Assembly (NCBI GenBank): GCA_000165425.1 | Contig: CT868037.1 | Location: forward strand, 124,001-188,000 | Reading direction: 5' to 3' | From: Paramecium tetraurelia | Lineage: Eukaryota | DNA: 64,000 nt | Shown here: piece after piece, positions 56,826 to 64,000 of the stretch | Layout: every line of letters begins with the position of its first letter | Numbering within the stretch: the stretch's first letter is position 1 | Program-made: the position numbers and the translations under genes | The notes under the pieces: model-generated | What the model saw: the letters and a program-made list of their open reading frames with translations, nothing else | Told to the model about the DNA's origin: nothing | The model's database searches: none

Positions 56826-58379
56826 ATGGATTAACATGTGGAGATGGAAGCAGAAAAACTGCATATTTTAGGTTCTTACTTCTCAATATGAGATAGATAA
56901 CTAAGAAAATGAGATGATGGGAGATGTGGAGAAATATTTTTAATCTTCTCATGCAAATTAAAAGGATATCCCTATGATTCGAGTATATGAGGATTCTGGC
57001 TCGGATTTACCGCAATCAGATTAACCTTTTGAAAATGGGGAAGCAGTCTTGGATGATTTAGGACTTGAAAAACTGAGAATCTAATCTGTTCACAGTGATG
57101 GAAGAGCAACATCTTGGAGCCACACCGATGATAACAATTCTTAGAACATGCAATATCTGAAAAGACCCAGAACCAGACAATAGTTAAGCAACAAAATTGT
57201 TGAAAGTAACTAGGAACTTTTTAATGTACACTATGCTAAAAGTCTTTACACAAGCAAAATCAGTTAGTTGGTTGACAAACAGATATCAACTAACCCAAGA
57301 TCTAACAGAGTTTCGTAAAATAAAGAATTTATAATATGTTAGGAAGAGTTAATAGAAGGTTAAAAAAAAATCATCACAATAGCTTATTGAAACTTCAGAT
57401 TAATCTGAATAAAATGAATAAAAGAGTTTCTTATAATCAGGGGGTGAAATGTCAGAAGACAGATTAGCAAGGAATAGAGTTGCTGCTAGGAATTCAAGGG
57501 CTAGAAAGCGGCTGTATTTTGAGTTGTTGGAAAACAAAGTGAAGGACCTATAAGATGAAATTGATCGGTTGAATGAGCTTTGTTAAAATTAGGCTAAATA
57601 AATATAAAAGTATAGAGAATGCAAAGAGGATGTAGAAATTTAAATATTACCTCAGTATTAGTTCAAATTGGAAACCCAGAGAAAATTAATAGAATAATTA
57701 GAGGTGTGTTAAATAAAGGAGGAAGATTCAGAAACAACAAAAATAGTTTTAGACTAACTGAAAGAATGCTAATTAAATTCTGAAAAGAACACAGTTGGAT
57801 ATTAGTATATAGAAAACCTATTGGAGATTTTGTTACCCATTGAATTAAGATATATTGCTTATAGTTCTGATGAAAATAAAGACCTATTATCAGACTTTTA
57901 GGGGTATCTTTTAAAACTAGATTTTAGGTCTTTTCTTGAATGGACCAAAGAAACATATTAGCTTATGGACATTTAGAAGGAGTAATTCAGAAAGATAAGA
58001 AAACACAAGGAAAAGCTTAATTGTGTCAAAAAAAATATCACAAGGTAATCACTGATTTTGATTAATTAAGTTGTATAAATAATCTTTACACTTCAGTAGG
58101 GACGATAATTAATGAAACTTTGAAAGTAGATTCAATTTGGAAGGTAATTTATGAGAGTTTGGAGCCATTGTAGCTGAGATCCTTGCTTTTGACGATTTAT
58201 TAAGTAAGTGAGTAGATTTAAGATTATAGAATAAACACAGATCGGTTTTAGATTGCAGCAATTTGTTTAGCGATTGTAAATATTTCAAATAAAACTCATA
58301 AGTATAAATTTCGAAAATTTTATATAGAGCTAAAATGATTCAAACTGTTAACGGCCTGCAAATCTAAGATAATATGTGA
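56826..58379 (+). CDS. bZIP transcription factor
   Basis: RRLARNRVAARNSRARKRLYFELLENKVKDLQDE. Confidence 0.88.
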
Positions 58380-58430
58380 AAAAAAATAATTGATTAATGA
58401 TATATATATATATTTTTAAACTAATAATTT

Positions 58431-60017
58431 ATGAGTGATCCTATAATTAGCGAGCAATATTATTTCAACGAGTAATTCAACTAGGTATTTTATTTAGATC
58501 GTACGATGTGAATGCTAATTAAATTGATTTTTCTGGAATACCAGATTCATTTTTGAATAATTAGCCATAAAAGAGATAACAATTTCCAAAAATCTAAATT
58601 TTCGATGAAGCTGACAGTGGGATAAATAATTTGGAACCCAATCAGATTCAATTTGAAGAAATAAAGATGGATAGGCTTCGAATAAAGAATGACAGCTCCA
58701 TAGATGCCTAGCCTAGAAGTGGGAGTGACGGGGATAACTCAATCGATGCAAGTTTGAATAACCGAAGAAGGAGGAGGTCAAGTACTTTATTGTTCAAATA
58801 TAGAAAAATATTCAAAAGAAGAATAAAAACATTTAAAAGATTCATTGTAATCTTAGATCATTTTGAATCTAGGGCAGACAAAGAGCACTTACACTAATAA
58901 AATCCAGAATTTGGTGAAAAATGAAAATAACGGGCGATTATTGATCACAACTAAAGCCAGACAATCGTATTACAATATGTTGATTCATTTTTAGAAGGAG
59001 TTAATAGAAATTGGAAAGGAAAAATGAACAGTAGCTTTAAATGAATCTTGAACATAGTGACTAGTCTTCATCTGAAAATCCAGATTCGCTTAATGATGGA
59101 AATATGGATCCTAGTCGTTTAAAACAAGTGAAGAACCGAGAATCAGCCAGGAATTCAAGAGCAAGAAAAAAAATATATTTTGAGTTATTAGAGACAAGAG
59201 TTCAAGAGTTATAGGATGAAAATGACAAACTTAGAGAATAATGTACTACTTTATCAAAATCAATTGAAAATTTCAATAAATAGCAAGATAAGGTAAATAA
59301 CGTAGTAATGGATAGTTTTCTTAATTCTTAGAATAGTAAGAGAAACTATTCGAGAGATTAGAGGATTGCATTAAATAAGGCAAAGATGCAACAGAAATCG
59401 AAATCTTGCTGGATGCATTGAAATATAGAACATCATCTAATAAATAAGAGAGAATAGATGCTGCAAAATCCTATTCCTATTCAATCTTAGATGTTTGTTT
59501 ACCCTTACAAACAAAATACTTATTTAGTATTTTAGATGACAAAGACTTCTTTTCTAAAGATTCGAGGTAAATGTGCATCTCTATTGTAGAAATTACACTG
59601 ACTATTTGAGAGATGTCTTTAAGAAAATTGATACAAAAACTGATGACTTTGGAAATAATGAAAAAATTAAATAAAAGCTAGGATCAGCAAAATAGAATAT
59701 GCATGAGTAATAACTTAAATTTAAAATTAATTAGTTCGTTTAAGAAGATAAAAAAGGAGATTAAATTAATTTAGAGTGAGGCAGGAAAGGTAGATTTGTT
59801 GTGGGAGTAATTGAAAGAGAAATTATAACCTCAAATACTGGCATAGTGTTTGATAACACTGCATAAGGTATAAAGTGCATTAAGTATGTAGAATGAATTT
59901 CGAGCAGAGTTTTAGGCATCTACCTTATTTAAGAGACAAAAAGACAAAAAAGAGTAAGTAGGAATGTCAATCGAATAATAGTTATTGTAGCGAAAGTAAG
60001 TAAAAAAATGTAATTGA
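58431..60017 (+). CDS. bZIP transcription factor (tandem paralog)
   Basis: KQVKNRESARNSRARKKIYFELLETRVQELQDENDKL. Confidence 0.88.
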
Positions 60018-61173
60018 TTTTAATCTGTTATTAATAATAATTAATTTTCTTTATCTTGGAAACATCTATTATTTATGGATACAGGAGTTGTAAAAGAGGA
60101 GAGCTGGTTCTGAGTGTAAACTTATAAATCTAGACAATTATGTTAGTAAACAACTTGCAATAGATAGATTAAGAGTTTAACATTCTCAAAAAATGAAATT
60201 ATGTTTGGGATTCAAATATCAGTAACAATATTATTTTGTAACTTTGAGTATTGAGAGACTCTAATCTACTCTGCAGTTAATTAATCTATTAATATTCTGT
60301 ATTGTAAGATTTCTATGGAAGGTTGCCTTTAATATCCAAAGTATAATTTTATGTAATACATTAATTTTAAATAAATCGATATTAAATGATATCCAATATC
60401 CAAAGTAGTAGTGCAGTGCAGTATAAACTAATCATATTTTCACTGTGGAATAATGAAATTATATTTGAAATTAAAAAATATAAGTTTAAGAATTAATGGA
60501 ATGTAGATTAAGCTGAAATGAATTTGAGAATTTGATATTAAATTATGATTAATCTACTTTTCTAAACTTTTAAAAAAAGAAAATTAGTATGAGTTTTTTC
60601 TGTAATTATTAGTAAAATTATTAAATAATATATTTGGCACATTATTTTTATCAATAGAGTAGGAATATGTATAAGATATGTTTAATTAAGCGATTTCAAT
60701 GGTTGTTACTCTAGTTCCGGTGATTGAGTGTACTGTTTACCTCCTTAGTAAAGTTAGTTACACATTTAGCTAAATATTAATAACAAAAAGTGGGAGAACT
60801 GAATTAAATTATTATTTGGTTATTATTTGTCACTCCAAAAATAGATAATATATGTAAGTCTTGACTTCATGCAATGCTTGTGAATTCAGTGGTAGTTCAA
60901 CATTGAAAAGAAGAAGGTTTTACTTTGGATGTATATTTAATTTTCTCCTAACTTTTAAGAAGGAGGATGAGTTTAGTTACTTTAGCTGTGCAGAAAGAAC
61001 CTGGTGAGGCTTAGTAAGCAAAAGGGGAATTATCTAGGATGTTTTGATGGAAGAATGAGTTCATAATATTTTGGAATATAATCAGTTAATATTCTGAAGA
61101 ATAGTTTCACAATACGATAACTCAGCATTGTTGATTTGTGATAATTGTGCGTGAATTAATTTAAATATATATT

Positions 61174-61473
61174 TCATTATTTAGTTGCTTATGGTTTGCT
61201 TTTATTTTTGAGTATCGATTGTGAAGAATTTCTGGCTAGTGGAGAAGGTGATTTGAACGATTATTGCCTTTTTGAGGATCTGTCAAAAATCCACACTTGA
61301 TTTTGTAAACTGAATCTAAGGGTTTTTATGGGTTTACCCTTACTTTCTTCAGTGTTCAAGATTTATCCGAGATCGTCTTTGTCAGATTCAGGGACTGGAG
61401 TATCTGAGTCGTCGCCATCAGTTTTGATGAGTTTCTCACTCACTTATTGTTGTGCCTATCCAATACAGCTCAT
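61174..61473 (-). CDS. Small disordered protein (99 aa) with RVxF-like and SILK motifs
   Basis: MSCIGQAQQ...KTLRFSLQNQVWIF...SILK; intact frame. Confidence 0.55.
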
Positions 61474-61593
61474 GTGAGCTATTATTTTTTGATATTTATT
61501 TGATTTATATTAATGTGTAGAATTAACTACTGGATAAGAAATTATGATAGATAACTCATTATTATTGTGTATATTGATATATTGTATATCATT

Positions 61594-63924
61594 TCATTTT
61601 TCTGCCTTTGCAAAATGTTTTTGACATGAAATTAGTAAACAGAAAACATAAATCAGATAGGGAAGCAACGGACAAGCATTGCTTTCCTCAGTGGCACAAG
61701 CATATGTGTCTCCAGACACATACATCAAATAGTGATGATCCTTCCTATTGTCCTATACTACAAACTCAATTCAAAATCATACTTTCATTATACACTCTTG
61801 AGTTTTCCAAAGTAGTTCCCTTTATCAAACCAGTGTATTAAATGAGGAATGTAGCAATGCAAGCTCCAATCATAATGGCCACACTCCCAGCATGGCCCAA
61901 AATCGATCCAAACATCAAAATCATTATTGTGACAAACAAAATGTTATAAGCAACGTACAACATACTGTGAGTATATTTGAATTTAGTAAATTCAATAATT
62001 CTTATGTCTTTCAAGTAATTGAGTTTTCCTTCTGCTTCATTAGATGGTTAGAAAATGAACTATTTATTAATTTATCAATTACATAGCTTTTCGCAACATT
62101 TATAATTCCCCAAATGTTGATGCCTCTACATACAAACATAATACTGAAACCAATGAACAATCCCAAAAATCCTTCATTTTTTACAAACAATGAATTCAAT
62201 GCAGTTGGATATTAATAGAGTTGAGCACCAATAATTCCAATGGATACAAGGAATGCTGTTCCTGCATTGGTGGCTTTGAGGAAGACCATGTAATTTTTGG
62301 CTTCCCAATAGATCTAAAAGATTTTGCCTTACACATCTGATATGAAGTGAGCAAAACATGTTAATTTATAAGAATCAGAGGAGTTGCAACCTATAAAGAA
62401 AATGACTCCATAGATAATAAATAAAGAGATGTAACCGGAAGCTGCAAATAGCAATCCAGCAAATCCTTCAATTGAATAGACTATTGATATCAATAGGAAC
62501 ATCAAGATAGTTGGAATAGCAGAAAACAAATCTCCCAAATAGTTTGAGTAGATCAAATTCATTGGCAATATACGATCACTTGTTGCTAATCCCTATTTGA
62601 TCATAATAATTTACCATATTTCTGACATTAGGGCATCCATGAGATGTATACCACTCAAACAAACTGATATGAAGTACATTGAAGATCAATCCTAACAAAT
62701 AACACCAACAAGCATGCATATCGGATTTGCCTTCAAAATCTATATCCTTTGTATTTTCGCCCTTGAGTGTAAATTTATCAATTAGAAATGAAAATGGGAA
62801 TGAAACATGAATGATGAATGAAATCAAAGCAGCTATAATGACTTACCATCTCACATTAAGTGCAGCAAATGACCCAGTCTCTTGGTCTGCACACATTGTT
62901 TTTAAAAAGTAACATACAATAGATCCCAAATATCCAATACAAACCAAATAGATGGGTCCCAAAATAAAGGCACTTCTGTTTTTGCTATCCAATACTTCAG
63001 GACTATTGATAGCAATTTATGAAACAGCACAACATAAGAACACCAGTACAAATCCTGTGTCTAAAAAGTTGACAATTGTGTTTCCTGCTTATTAAGATAC
63101 CATGTATGCCAATCTAGTCAATTATGAGATATTGTTGTTGCCAACACTCAAATTTAAGTCAGCTCTTATTAAGCCAAACGAAGCAGTCTTCATTGATCTA
63201 CACATCATCGATATGCCTTCTCTATATATAAATCCTCCGAGTATCATTCCCATCAAGAACCCAATCATCAATATTGATACCTTCTCATATTCTTCCTTCT
63301 TCATGTCGCCTCCCCAAACAGCCACATTGAAGTAATACATTAAGACATACATTCCGAATAGTAAACTGAACAATAGACTCACAATTGCAAAGCCGCATTA
63401 ATACATGTATCCAAAGCTCTCCTCCTTTGAAAATTGTGACTTTTAAATTAGTGTAATATAATTTACTTGTATCAGTGCTCTAGTCAAGGATTTACTATTT
63501 GTTGCAGTGACATAATATGCAAATAGCATCACAATCGTAGCGCCAATAATTGCATTGAATATAAATGAGAATGGATATTCTATGAACCAGATGTCCACAA
63601 CCAAAAAGAATAGAAATAAGAGTAGAATCATATACAAAAATTGTGCTAACCACAATCCATTTATTGATGTTTCAATTAAATCCACAATTCCTGATAAATA
63701 TTCTGGTTCTACTGTTGGCCTATAGGAACTAGGCTAAATATCGTCGACTCCCAAGAGTCCTCTAAGTTGATCACTTACAAAGTCTTATTCATCCTTATAC
63801 TACACTGTAAAACCCTAATAATAATGATGTGATTTCTTACTTGTGCTATCAGATGCACAAAGTACCAAACTATCCCCACAATGGAAGTCAAAATTATCAC
63901 TACCAGAGATCCTAACCAACCCAT
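61594..63924 (-). CDS. Highly divergent membrane-integral H+-translocating pyrophosphatase homologue (catalytic motifs degenerate)
   Basis: Many TM helices in mPPase order; EWYTSHGCPNV resembles EYYTS..PV; SGDTYACATEES resembles GDTVGDPLKDT. Confidence 0.7.
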
Positions 63925-64000
63925 TAATAAAAACGAATAAAAATTAATTTATTATAAATGAATAGTAGCTCAAGTTTGCTAACTCATCAAATTCTCGATT

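Noticed and set aside
60640..61135. Possible small gene between bZIP2 and the 99-aa ORF
   Set aside because: Competing frames on both strands with none convincing

Overview
Gene-dense, very AT-rich ciliate DNA, most likely a Paramecium macronuclear scaffold. Genes read through TAA/TAG as Gln (genetic code 6, TGA is the only stop) and carry 20-32 nt GT..AG introns, so the supplied standard-code ORF track is fragmented and often antisense or out of frame. I manually reconstructed about 27 genes: a PAS-domain membrane protein, a Mei2-like RRM protein, PP1, a flavoprotein, a vacuolar sorting receptor, Rab1, a pterin dehydratase, a REEP/HVA22-like protein, an LpxB-like protein, an LRRC23-like protein, DDX41, a ~2,650-aa secreted protein with ten lectin-like (LamG/ConA) domains, Met-tRNA formyltransferase, SRP72, two tandem bZIPs, a degenerate H+-PPase homologue and several hypotheticals. 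The most notable system is a recently expanded family of membrane-anchored otubain-type deubiquitinases: 3 genes and 4 catalytic domains, one gene carrying a tandem double OTU. These sit in AT-rich gene-poor islands, and two copies form a long inverted duplication whose flanks differ by a 26-bp TA-bounded, IES-sized indel. Gene boundaries come from hand translation and should be verified.
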